Origin: Welwitschia mirabilis
Lineage: Eukaryota
DNA: 56,486 nucleotides
Reading direction: 5' to 3'
NCBI GenBank assembly: GCA_051453625.1
Contig: JBOZIK010000001.1
Span: 46,182,951-46,239,436, forward strand
A model generated the notes under the pieces. The model worked only from the letters and a program-made list of their open reading frames with translations, was not told the DNA's origin and searched no databases. Both the position numbers and the translations under genes were made by a program. Below, piece by piece: positions 41,020 through 53,627 of this stretch (its first letter is position 1; each line of letters opens with the position of its first letter).

Positions 41020-43630
41020 CATTTTTATTTTGTCCTTTTGATAGCAAAAGAGTGTTCCTTACTGAATTTTGATTCCTTCATCTTCTTGACTAATTAGGCA
41101 AATTGTTTTCCCTATTCAAAGATAGGATCACTCAGATATATTGTCTTTGTATCTGTCTACTCTGAAGTAGCTATCTTTCTACTAGCTCTCCTCTCTTTCT
41201 TTTGGAAGACAGAGGGATTTTTTCTTGAGGACTCTGGGGTATACTTTCTAGCTTTAGAGCTATTTCAACTTATAATTCCATTCTTGAAGTTTGTCTGAGG
41301 GGGAATATGTACATCTCGAAAGAATCTTTATTTTCTAAATTTAAAAAAAAAATCTAAAAAAGTGCATCTCAACATAGTCATGTTCTATACAATCCGATCT
41401 CTAGAAGAACACATCTATTGAAAATATTAAGAGGATATTAACAAAAATTCAAATCAGACTCACATTCTTCTAGTATTCTATAAAATTTTGTTGTAATATC
41501 ATTCCAAAAAATTCTCTACTATAAGCTTTATCTATTTTTTGAATAATTTCAATTCTCAATGAATTAATATCTCTTTTACAATTATTGAAAATTTGGCTTA
41601 GCTTTCACCATTCCTCAAAAGTTTTTTGAATAATTCTTTCTAATGTTCTTCAAATCTATCAATGAAGTCATATAATTTCTAGAGGTAATAGTCAAGGTTG
41701 TGTGGCATGGTCAATTTTTTATACCCAAATTTGATTATTTTACTCAATTTTACTTTCATAAGATAAAGATCATGGAGCAATATCACATTCTTTTTTTCCA
41801 AATTCTGAATAATAATATAGGTGGATTTATGGCTTATTATTTTAATATCATTCTTCAAATTTTCATGAGATTCTTTTAAAGAATTAATAATATTAAATTT
41901 ATTCTATTTTTAACCTCATCAATCAGAGTTAAAGAAGTCAAGGCAGTGTTGTAAATTAAACTCACTGCTCTTTTGATTTCCTCTTTTATTACTAAAGATA
42001 TCTATTTTATTGAGGAATACTATAGAGGCTAACTAGAAGATCTTACTTCTTCCTTCTGATTCTTGAGAGCCTTATTTTTTATCATCATTTGATCAATGGC
42101 TCTCTTATTTACTTCCAAAAGGGATTAATAGTATCCTAAAGAATTCTAGGCCTTAAGTCATTTATTTCTATATTCTTGAGCCTCTGCATGAATCTTTATG
42201 AATTTTTCATTCATTCCCTATAGGTCTGCATAGATTTTATTTTAATATTAACTACTTAGGAGTAGAAACCCTTAATTATGTATAAATGTAATGAAATTTT
42301 GTTGATTCTCTATATATTCATCATCATATTTCTTGCTTGAAGTCAAATTTTTAAATGTGAATGCTACCATGTCTATCCTTTCTCTTAGAAGATTCTCTAA
42401 TTCTTCCCTATCATTGGTAGTAGTCTCCAATTTAGCAATGTGCTCATAAGCTCTTTGTAATTTTCTACTCATATCTTTAAAGGATTCAAAGAGCTAAACA
42501 TTTTCTTCCTTGTTGATGATTTCATGTTGTAACTTTTCATTGTTTTCCTTTTCTTGATCTAATATCTATCTCAAGAATTCATTCTCAATTTTCAAATTAC
42601 CAACTTGATTTTGTAATACTAGAACCTCCTCCTTTCTACTAAGATAGGTTTGAATTTCATCTTTAACTAAGTTTAAAGCACTACAGAGTTTTTCCATATT
42701 ATCTTCCTCTAATAATTTAGAGAACTAACTAAACCAAAGCGGATGGAAATATAGGAGTTCTTCAAATGTGAATTAGGGTGGATCTTGAGGTAAGCTTAAG
42801 GAAGGCAACAATGAAGGTAGACTCTAAGGGACTAAAGAGGATTCTCTAAGATCTGACTGAGCAGTCCTATATCCTAGGGTTCATAGGAGACTTAACTCCT
42901 TAACTCTGAATAAACTTCAAATAGTTAAATTAACAAAGGACTTATTTAGTTAGAATGGGACTTTACTTTTACTTCATATTTGGGCTATCAAATAGAAAAA
43001 TCCTATTCCAACTATGCCCGAAGCTCTGATTCTGACCTTATTCAATTTTTTAATATGTTTTACTAGTCCTAAAAAGATTCCTTCTATAACATTTACATTT
43101 GTATGATTTATCTTGTACTTCACTGTTTCTATCATTTATAGGATGGATAATGTCATACCTTCTTCTTTAGAAAGAAGGTATCAAATTACTAGCTATGATT
43201 CTTGAAATAATGAAAAATTCTAGTTCTACATCTTTTTTTCACTAGTATACATCCTTGCACTACCACCCTTTCTAGAAGGCTAATTCTTAGATTCATGTCT
43301 TCTTTTCTGCTAGTATCTTTAATAGATTTTCCTCTAGGTGGTAGATGCAACATTTCTCTAATATTTTCTTGGATAATTACTATTCTCTTATTTTTCATAA
43401 TTTTTTTAGCACATCTTTGACATCATTTATTCTTAAATTGTTGTAAAATTCATCGATAGATTCTAAGGAGAATATGTCATTCAGGTTGAGCCATTCATAC
43501 CATCCTAGCTTAATAATCCTCTATTTGAATTTACTTAAGTAGGGATCTAACAAAACTTGTATAAAATTCAATGAAGAGATAATCCTATATTTTGTCAAAT
43601 TTTTATAATTGTTGGAGTTAAGTATGGGTA
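41020..43630 (-). pseudogene. Large env-like extra ORF of F (plant transposon-protein domain + long coiled coil)
   Basis: IIKLGWYEWLNLNDIFSLESIDEFYNNL...MKNKRIVIIQENIREMLHLP (ORF 43189-43398); coiled-coil-like ORF 42272-42472; coding-like sequence continues almost to the PPT. Confidence 0.65.
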
Positions 43631-43949
43631 CTTTTAAAAGAAATTTCTTGACAAACAACCTTCGAAAACTAGCTTACTAAATACAATTTTTCTTCCTAAA
43701 AATATATAACATTGTTTTCACAAAGCTAAAAGTGTTGTATTCATTCAACTCTTTCCTCATATTAAATTTGGCTTATTATTCTATAATTATTTTATAATTC
43801 TTACATTTACCTTTGAAAAACTAGTAAATTAGTAGTTTTAATAAGCTTTAAATAAATAACATGTCCTTTATTATCTAATCTAGAAACATTTATTTTATAT
43901 ATAGATTGGAAGTATTCCTCCTATTCTATAACGTCTTTCTAAATAGTTT

Positions 43950-46900
43950 AGCATCAATTTATGATCATAGTACATTTTTATTCTTTGCCCACTAACTTGA
44001 TAGGTTACTTTTTCATAAAGATCATATACTTCTATGGCTCCATTTTCTAGAATTTTGGTTATGGTATAGGATCCCAACCAATTTTGTTCATATTTCTATT
44101 TTAAATGGATTTTCTTAGGGTCATAGATTAATATAGAATCTTCTACATTAAAATTTATTTTCTAATTTTGTTATCATGATATATATTTTTTCTTTGTTGT
44201 ATAAGTTTTTCATGTAAAATATCTTCTTTCCTATTTTCATGTAAAACATTCATGTTTTCTATCCATTATTTTTAAGCTATATCCAAGTCACATTTTAATT
44301 CTTTAGCCAATTTAAATGTTTTTATTCTAAATTCAATTGTTAAAATATCCCTTTTTCTATAAACTAATTGATATGAAGTAAACTCTATGGTATGTTATCA
44401 AGTTATTCTATAATCTCATAGAGCTTCATTTCATTTATTAGCCTAATCTGTTTTCTTACTATTTATGACTTTGGTTAATATTCTATTTAATTCTCTATTA
44501 TTCACTTTAGCTTGGCCATTAGATTGAGGATGATAGGCAGTAGAGATTTTGTGATGGATTCTAAATTTGGTTAATCATTTTTTGAAGAATTCACTAGTGA
44601 AATGAATTTCTCTATTAGATATGAGACTTCAAGGGACTCCAAACTAATAGATAATATTTTTAAGAAAAAAGGTAATTATAATTTAGGAAGAACAATAAGA
44701 CACAGCCCCAGCCTCAACTCATTTATGAAGTAATCAATTCAAATCAAAATATATCTTTTTTAAAAGGATAAGGGATTGATAGTTTCAATAAAACCTATTT
44801 CCTAAACATTAGAAGGTTTAATTAACTAAATCCATTATTTTGGAATTTCTAATTCTTGTCTAAATGTTCCTTCTCTTTGACACTTATCACAACCTTAGAT
44901 ATAAACATTTGAATATTTGCATATCATGGACCAATAGTACCCCATATGTAGAATTTTCATCCCTGTTCTTGTTGCACTATAATGCCCTTCTCCTTCTTCT
45001 TCATGAGCTTTCTTTAAGATCTCACCTTACATGTTTTCCTCTATATATCTTTTAATAACATGATCTTTGCATTTTCTAAATAACATCTTATCATGCTAAA
45101 TATAATCTTTACATTTCCTTAGTAATCTTTTTCTTTTATAGTAATTCATTAAATATGGTAATTTTTACTCATAATAAAATTTTCTATATTAGCATTTCAT
45201 GGATTTATTTTTAACCTTAAAAAGATGTTCATTTGAAAACTTATATCTTATGTTTATTTGTTCTTTATCCAAAATTACTAACCTTAAGAGGTGATCTGCT
45301 ACCACATTTTTTATTCCTTTTCTATCGATAATTTTTAAGTCAAACTCCTACATTAATAGTATCCATCTCATAATTCTTAAGTTTTTCTTTTTTCTTATTC
45401 ATCAAAAATCTAATAACACTATAGTCTGTATGAATTTTTATTTCGTAACCTGAAATATAATGCTTGAATTTTTCTAATTCCATTACCCCTACTAACAACT
45501 CTTTCTATATTATTATCTAGTCTGGTTGAGCGGATTTGAAGTTTTTACTAATATAGGAAATGATATATGATTTATTATCTCCATATTTTTTTCCTAGAAC
45601 TACTCCCATAGCATGACTAAATGTATCAATCATNNNNNNNNNNTGAAATGGTTTTGTCCGATAGGGTCCTTGCAAAATACGTGTTGATAAAAGTTTATTC
45701 TTTAATGTTTGGTAAGAATTTCGACATTCATCAGTCCAACCATATTCCACATCCTTTTGTGAAATGTTACTCAAAATTTTAGCAATTTTACTGAAGTTGG
45801 ATATGAATATTTTGTAATATCCAACATGTCCTAAGAAAGATCTTAATTTTTTTAGTTTGGTTAAGGGTGAAATATCTTTTAGAGCTTTAATTTTTATTCA
45901 TTATTTTTAATTTGTTTTTGAGATATCTTATGTCCTAGTACTATGTCTTTTATCATCATAAAAAGACTTTTTGACCAGCTGAGTCTAAGGCATTTTTCTT
46001 TACATCTCTTGAAAACCCTTTTTAGTCTATTGAGTGACTTCTCAAAATCATTTTCAAAGGTTGAGAAATAATCCATAAATACTTCTATTGATCTTTCTAT
46101 CATATCTTGAAAAATTCTATTTAGTAATCTTTGGAAAGTAGAGGGAGCATTACATAGTCCAAATAGTAATATCTTATAGGCATAAGTGCCTTAATGAAAA
46201 GTAAAAGTTGTTTTGGTTTGGTCCTCTAAAGCTATAGGGATTTTGTTATAGCTACTATATCCATCCAAAAAATTATAGTATTAATGTCCATATATTCTTT
46301 TTAAAACTTGATCTATAAATGGAAGAGAAAAATGATTCTTACAAGTTGCAGTATTCAACATTCAAAAGTCTATACATACTCTCCATTTATTTCCTTTTTT
46401 TAGCATAATTGTGAAAGGACTAACCCATTTTGAATCAGATATAAGATAAATTAATCCCACATCCAAGAGTTTGGAAATTTTTATTTTAATTATCTCATGC
46501 ATGTATAGGTTACATCTTCTTTCTGATTGCCTACTCATTTTGATAAAGGTATTTAAATAAATTCTATGTTAATATATTTTTGGATCTATTCCTTTAATAT
46601 TTGTATAATCCCAAGAAAAATCTCTATATCTTTTTATCAACATCCTTTTAATTTTTCTTTTCTAAGAATGATTTAAATAATTATTTATGATCAGAGGTCT
46701 ATTTGGAACTACTTTTATATACTCTAATCCTCTCTTAAGAAGACACTTTTCTATTTCTTGAGATATCAAATCTTCCTTCTTATACTTTTATTCATTTTGT
46801 TTATTTGACATCAAACTAAATTATTGTGTTAGAATTGTATTGGTTTTAGCTTCCTTTTTTTGTATGATCTCTTTGACAACTGCTACATCAGAAAGTTTGA

Positions 46901-47676
46901 TCTTTTTTTTTAAGATCTTGTAGACTAATTTCCATATCGCCTCTTCTAGAATAAATAGTAGCATTTGGAGTTAGATATCCAAGATCTTCCTAAATTTACT
47001 ATAAGGCTATCTCCTTAAGTCTTCATCATCAATGGATCTATCAAGTAGATAAAACCTTGAAGATTAATGAGTATATCCTTTAAAACTTATTCTACTATTG
47101 AGCCATCTGTTAAGTACACTTTTCCTTGATAAGGTGTTAGCTTTGGCTTTTCCAATTCTTCATAAGATTCATAAGCTATAACATTAATACTTTCTTCTAG
47201 ATCCATAAGCTCTTATGCTTTGAGTTTTTCATTAATTTTATATCTATCATAGGTGTTTCAGGGTCACTATACTTTTCATGTTGTTTCTTTTAAAGAACTT
47301 GCATGGAAGCTCATGAAACTTAATCCTTGCTCATCATTTCCATTTATTTTTCCTACTATCTTTCCTTTTTACTCTTCTGTTTTAAATACACACTCTTCAT
47401 TTCTTTGCAGTACATAGGTACATATTTTAATAACTTTAAAAGAGGTAATGATATGTTCATATCTTTTAAAAATTTTGTTAAATATTCTATATCTTTTTTA
47501 ATTTTGGAATGATCTATTTGTTTACTTTTCATTGAAAAATGTAAATGATCTATTAAGGTATCATCTACTATTTTTCTCTTAGTATCTTTCTTTTCATTAT
47601 CTAAAGGGTTTCTCAAATTTGTGTTCTTCTTCTGTGATTCATATGTCACCTTTTCTTTTTTAGATTTGGTAGTTAC
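43950..47676 (-). pseudogene. pol: gag (C-term)-pol of F: protease, reverse transcriptase, RNase H, integrase
   Basis: PR ELMDLEESINVI (about 47200). RT DSKWVSPF..KKGNKWRVCIDF, NHFSLPFIDQVL, FLDGYSSYNKI, FGLCNAPSTFQR, VFMDYF (catalytic DD lost), LRSFLGHVGYY. RH DTFSHAMGVVLG, EKELL, HTDYS, NVVADHL. INT GH..CDKCQR, STAYHPQSNGQAK, WLGSYTITKILENGAIEV. Confidence 0.93.
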
Positions 47677-49215
47677 TGATAGGATCAAGAACCCTAAAGG
47701 GGATGAATAGGTTCTTTCAAAAACTTATACCCAAAGAAAAATTAAATCTATCTAAGCACAGTTTACATATGAAAATAAGGAATCAAGAATGTGCATATAA
47801 ACATGAAAAACTAAAAGTAAAGAATCAAAAGACAAAAAATCATAAGATACCAATTATGATGCATGCTAGATTTATAGTGGTTCCATAAATTTTCTATTCC
47901 ACTCTTAATGATCAGCTTCTCCCAAGCTTAATCTTGATTCTCTATTACTCCACAAGTTTTACCAGGTTTACTTGTAACTTTTATAGGCTAAGTCTCAATC
48001 TTAACAATCGACTTTTACAAGCTAAGTCTCAACCTTTACAATGAACTTTTTGCAGGATAAGTCTCAATCTCTAAAAGAAATGGATGTGATGTAGTGATGC
48101 CTTGATCGCTCAGACATCACACGTTCTGTAGTAGTACAATGAATGGAGCTCTACTCTAATAAATAACAATGATTAAGCCCTTAGATCTGATTTGAATGAA
48201 GCTCTTGTGCTAATGATTGATCTCTTAAATCAGATGTGAAGTAATACAATATACTTCAATGAAATTACAATCTAATCTTTTAGATCCACAATGATTATGC
48301 AAAATAAAAATAGTGCTAAAAGATCTCTAGGTTAATAATAACATAGCTTTTTGTAATGAAGGGCTACTACGGTCTGAGACTATTGTCTATCACTTCCTCA
48401 AATCCGATCGACCCTATGAAAGTCCAGTCGACCCTTTTCCATTTGGTTCAGGGATACTTTCTTTCAGGTTATAGGTCCAGTCGATCCTATCAGAATCTGG
48501 TTGACCCCTCTAGGTTTAGTCNNNNNNNNNNNNNNNNNNNNNNNNNNNNNNNNNNNNNNNNNNNNNNNNNNNNNNNNNNNNNNNNNNNNNNNNNNNNNNN
48601 NNNNNNNNNNNNNNNNNNNNNNNNNNNNNNNNNNNNNNNNNNNNNNNNNNNNNNNNNNNNNNNNNNNNNNNNNNNNNNNNNNNNNNNNNNNNNNNNNNNN
48701 NNNNNNNNNNNNNNNNNNNNNNNNNNNNNNNNNNNNNNNNNNNNNNNNNNNNNNNNNNNNNNNNNNNNNNNNNNNNNNNNNNNNNNNNNNNNNNNNNNNN
48801 NNNNNNNNNNNNNNNNNNNNNNNNNNNNNNNNNNNNNNNNNNNNNNNNNNNNNNNNNNNNNNNNNNNNNNNNNNNNNNNNNNNNNNNNNNNNNNNNNNNN
48901 NNNNNNNNNNNNNNNNNNNNNNNNNNNNNNNNNNNNNNNNNNNNNNNNNNNNNNNNNNNNNNNNNNNNNNNNNNNNNNNNNNNNNNNNNNNNNNNNNNNN
49001 NNNNNNNNNNNNNNNNNNNNNNNNNNNNNNNNNNNNNNNNNNNNNNNNNNNNNNNNNNNNNNNNNNNNNNNNNNNNNNNNNNNNNNNNNNNNNNNNNNNN
49101 NNNNNNNNNNNNNNNTTCTGGTATATTGTGGTTTAATTCTTTCACTTGCAAAACTTAATCTTATCTGCACACAAGAGATATTAGTTAAACATCAATTGGC
49201 AAATATAATCTAATA
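47677..49215 (-). repeat. 3' LTR of G (contains a 594-N gap, 48522-49115)
   Basis: Colinear with 53628-54985 on both sides of the gap. Confidence 0.82.
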
Positions 49216-49480
49216 ATCTCCCCCTTTAACATTGATGGAAAATAAATAAGTGATTTCAAAAATTTGAATAATTGTAAGCTTATTCACCAAATAATTTTAA
49301 GCACACATTAAAATCAAATCTCCCCTTACATCAAGGCATATAAACATTCAAACAAAGAGTAAAATAAACAAGCATTTCTCCTCCTTTGACAAAATACTTC
49401 AACACAAATACTTTGAATGCCTAACATATTAAAAAAAACTTTTTAAAGCACACTACATTTTCTCTCACCTTTTGACATCA
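49216..49480 (-). promoter_or_regulatory. Polypurine tract cluster of G
   Basis: On +: ATCTCCCCCTTT (49216), ATCTCCCCTT (49318), TTCTCCTCCTTTG (49376), TTCTCTCACCTTTTG (about 49459). Multiple PPTs are characteristic of Sireviruses. Confidence 0.8.
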
Positions 49481-50015
49481 ATGGCAAATAAATATAAAAC
49501 TTAGATATATGGCTAGAAATATCAAGAAGATTTCTTCCCCTATCTTGATACCAAATGATAAAGAATGTTAAGCCAAAAATTTGATCCACATTTAGGGCAT
49601 TTAGAATAGACAACATTTTTGTGCTTTTAAATGTGATAAATTTGATTATGCAAAATTTGAGAAAACACAATGATATCAAATAATAATGTAAAATGTGATT
49701 AGAAACACTTATTACAAATATTTTGGTTTATTTTTAATTGAGATAATGATTTAATTCTTTCCAAAAATAGGCACAATATAATTTTATGCTACAAACTAAG
49801 AAATACTAAATGATGCAAAGATTGTACTCAAATAGATAACTAATTTTCATTAAAGAAATAAACCATTACAAGGATTCTAACTGAAAATAAAAAGTGCTTA
49901 TCAAGAGCATATATCTAAAAATTAACTAATCAAACAAGAGCACTAAAATATCTCTTCTTGTTGATAACAAAAGTAAAAGAGAAAACATCAAAACATGATA
50001 TGAAATATAAGAGAT

Positions 50016-51056
50016 TTAATATGATTCTTCCTTTTCTTCTTCTTCCTCTTCAGATTCTTCCTCTACATCTTCTTCATCTCCACCAGTACGAGCAGATATG
50101 GTACCTTCAACTGAGGTATCTACAATGTCATATCCAGCTGTAATGAGTTCTTCTTTCATGTGTCTGGTGCAGGAGTCAATCCATTTCATATATGAAAGAG
50201 TCTTATCTAAATATGTTGCCTTTGGAGTTCCAGAAGGGGATTTCTTTGAAGGGGAAAAGATATGCATGCGAGACAAAGTCACATGCCCAATGGGTAACAA
50301 AGGCTAAAGAGTCTTCAAAAAAGGATGCAAATTAACACAAAAATGGCAAAAGATTTTAGTGATAAACACAGAGTAGGGTAGAGCCCTAGTTCTGTGGTAC
50401 TCCAACTGTGAAGCCATATTTTTTAGTATTATGATAGGAGCATCAATAGAATGCTCAGTCCCTACAAAATACATCAAATATGCCCTATAGCTGGAGGCCT
50501 CATCATGATGCCCAACTAAAGAAAGAAAATTATAAGTGAAGATCAAATGAATGAAATGATATTTGAGAGTCAACAAAGAAGTAGATAAGGTTTATTTCCA
50601 AGTATTCACTCTACCGCAAAGCTCCTTGGTAACTGTCGGCTTGTCTTTCATGGTGTCTCTGAGAGGCTGAAACTCCTCATAGTCTCCCTGTGAAAGATCA
50701 GTCATCTTAGAGATGAGATCTATTATTACTCTTATCCTTCTATCTACCATAAGGGTTTCTAGAGTCCTAGTATCACAGTTAAAAGAAGCATTGTAATAAA
50801 ACATTCTAGTAAGAAAAGGATAGGTAAGAACTGAAACATCCAAGAAATGGTCCAGATCTTGATCTCTCAAGAGTTGGATGGCATTCCTGAGTTCCCTGAG
50901 CTTAGATGTGATCACTGACCCCTCCTAACCTAAGGATTTCTTCTTAAACATTTAAGATAACTTGTCAACACCTTCTTTAGATATTTCATGATAAAAGTAG
51001 GGAGGTTCCCTTGAAGCACCTTGTTTTGCACCTCTCCTTGAAGAGCTAGTAACTAT
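50016..51056 (-). pseudogene. Env-like extra ORF of G
   Basis: REPPYFYHE..., ORFs 50592-50915 (YPFLTRMFYYNASF...RRIRVIIDLISKM), 50304-50576 (ALPYSVFITKIFCHF) and 50016-50300 (acidic tail EEDVEEESEEEEEE). Confidence 0.75.
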
Positions 51057-51479
51057 TCTAAAAACTTTACAAGAAAGAGGACTAAGAAAAACACTAGATT
51101 TTGTAACAAAATCTCTAGATCTAGAAGGAAACTCATTAGATCTAAAGGCTTAGAGGCATTAGAACATAATAAAATCAAGCTACGATTCTAGTTCTTTTAT
51201 AGATTGAGGGAAATACAATAGATTTGAGAAATAAATCGGGTCCACTGATTATACCTCCATACTATAATCCATCAGGTCCAATCAACTACTTAACCATGTC
51301 GACCTGTCGAGACGCGGGTTTACATACTGGAAGAGGCCTAGATGACCAGGCTCCTAGGTTAGTCGACTGACCACATCCAGTCGACCGAATCATAGATCTG
51401 GTCAACCACCCTGCATTCAGCCAAAGGACAATGTACTGATCTCCAGATCGTTCCCATGATAGTTAAATTGATTTTGAGA

Positions 51480-53561
51480 ACTAGGGGTTTCATCAGATTT
51501 TATAGAATAACATTTAGTTTTATTAAAATCTTTTCCAAAATATTGATTTGCATGAAACGATTTCTCAAGTGATTTAACATCTAATCTATAAGCATTATTA
51601 ATATGTTTTGCATAAAAAATAACAACATTAGTTTTCTCATTCTCAACTATGCATTTTGATTTATCAAAGATTATTCGGTGCCCTTTATTACAAAGTTGAC
51701 TAACACTTAATAAATTATGCTATCAACCATTCACATAGAGTACATTATTAAGGTTAGATGACATGCCTCCTTTGATGCTTCCTGTACCTTCTATTTTTGT
51801 TGTTTGGTTGTTTCCAAAAAGGACTTCTCCTTCGTTTATGCTCTTCAAGTTTTTAAACCTTTATTTATCTCTTGTCACATGTATTGAACAACCGCTATCT
51901 AGATACCAACTATTCAAATGTGATCCTTTAAAATCTATCTGCGTCACAAAGCTTTAAAGATTATTAGCTTTAACCCACTTAGTCTTATTTGACTTAGGTG
52001 GTACATTTTTCCTAGAAATAAATTTAAAAGGTAATGAGTTCACATTTTCAAAAAAAATCATCAAACATCTAACTTTGCAAAAAGGTTTAGAATGACCAAA
52101 TCTACCATAAAAATTGTATAATAGATTAAACAAAAACTTACTTGTTTAGTTTACCTATCTTCGTGATATTTTTTCTCCAAATCCAATACTTGATTTGTCT
52201 CCATTTGGCTTTCGTATTCCAAGCATCTGTTCCAATTTAGATAAACTACTAGAAAACTTATTTACAAAAAATGAAAGATTATTTACCTGAGTAGTTAATG
52301 TGATGTTGTCAGATTTGAGCACCTTGCACTTCTCTTCCACTTTCTCCTTTTCTTTTGTAATAGTCTTTACCATTTTATTCAACTCATTTATTCTCTTGGC
52401 AAGCTTCTCATATTCTTTATATAACTCTTGACATGTATCTTCTAATTCATCTTCCTCTTTATAAATCATATCCAAGTCATCTGGCATTGAAGTACTAGAT
52501 ACATTTTTTAGTGATAGAACTAGAGCCATGAAAGATAACCTCCTATCTCTGTTTGATCCATGATCTAAGTATTTCTTCTCATCTTCATCGTCTTCATTAT
52601 CTCAAGTTGCTATGAATGAAGAGTTTTTAGACTTCTTGTTTTCTCTCCTTATGTTAGAACACTTGTTAGCCATATGTCCAAATCCTTTGCATGAGTAGCA
52701 TTGGATTTCCTTTCCATTTTCTTGCTATTTTCTTTGTTTTGGGTTACTTCTCCTTAAATTCTTACTTGATTCTCTTTCCTTTTTCTTGTAAAAAAACTTT
52801 TTGAAGCACCTAGCTAGAAGAGCCACTTCATTGTCATCAAGTTCTTCATCTGACCTGTCAGGTATGTAATACTCCTGTACATATTTTAAAGCAATACCTT
52901 TTCTTATATCTTTAGTAAGTTCATAGGTTTGAAGATTACCTTGAAGTTCTTCCAATGCGATGATGTTTATGTTTTTGCTCTCTTCTATGATTGTTACCTT
53001 TAGTTTGAATCTCTTAGGTAGGGATCTTAAAACTTTCCTTACTAGTTTCTTTTCCTCCATGTATTCTTTGAGGCTTTCCATTGAGTTCATAATATCTATA
53101 AGTCTAGCAAAAAATTCTTGTAAGGTTTCTTTGTCATCCATATAAATATCTTCAAATTTAGAAATAAGCATTTGCAGTTTTTCTTGCTTAATAGTGGATG
53201 TTCCTTTATGTGCCACTTCTAAAATATCCCAAGCTTCTTTTGCATGGTTATAGCTCACAATTATTTTAAATTCATCTACACATAATACATAAAAAATAGC
53301 ATTAAGGGCATGAGCATCAATAATGACTTTTACTTTATCTGTGGAACTCTATTGCTCTCAGGATTTGGGAACTAAGATAGTATAACCATTCGCAACAGTT
53401 TGTGTTAACATAGGCATAGTATGACCTTTGTATATGACTTCCTCTATATTGACATTTAGGGATTTAAGAAAGATTCTCATCCTATCTTTCTAATAGGTAT
53501 AGTTTAAACCATTGAATATGAGTGGATAACCAGTTGAAAATCCATAAGTTAGATTACTCAT
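51480..53561 (-). pseudogene. gag: gag + protease of G, pol truncated before integrase
   Basis: MSNLTYGFSTGYPLIFNGLNY; ORF 52725-53258 (UBN2-type gag); zinc knuckle CYSCKGFGHMANKC; coiled-coil ORF 52155-52529; protease WYLDSGCSIHVT (51908); HNLLSVSQLC; ends at KCYSIKSDET. Confidence 0.92.
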
Positions 53562-53613
53562 TTTTAGGGTTCTTAAGTCTAGATCTGTAAAAATATCTCA
53601 AACACTAAGCTAA

Positions 53614-53625
53614 GATTTAATATCA
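53614..53625 (-). promoter_or_regulatory. Degenerate tRNA-iMet PBS of G
   Basis: TGATATTAAATC on the minus strand vs TGGTATCAGAGC, 2 bp from the LTR. Confidence 0.6.
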
Positions 53626-53627
53626 AA

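Larger units (their letters stand above)
40004..47676 (-). mobile_element. Athila-like Ty3/Gypsy element F (formerly autonomous): 3' LTR, extra ORF, INT-RH-RT-PR and part of gag; truncated by G
   Basis: Gypsy domain order on the minus strand. 3' LTR about 40004-40943 (TGATGATTAA...CACATAATCA), preceded by a degenerate PPT region (GGAACTAACAAAACATTAAGCTTAGGTAAA). Confidence 0.88.

Noticed and set aside
45780-46560. Endogenous caulimovirus or currently active RT
   Set aside because: An integrase follows RT-RH, an LTR is present, the catalytic motif is mutated (MDYF), and there are many stops.
48356-49213. Long ORFs of 211-285 aa in the track
   Set aside because: Artefacts of the N gap inside the G LTR.
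50098-53145. Plus-strand ORFs (50098, 51763, 52960; likewise 13678, 16925, 44864, 47327)
   Set aside because: Antisense shadows of minus-strand TE coding regions.
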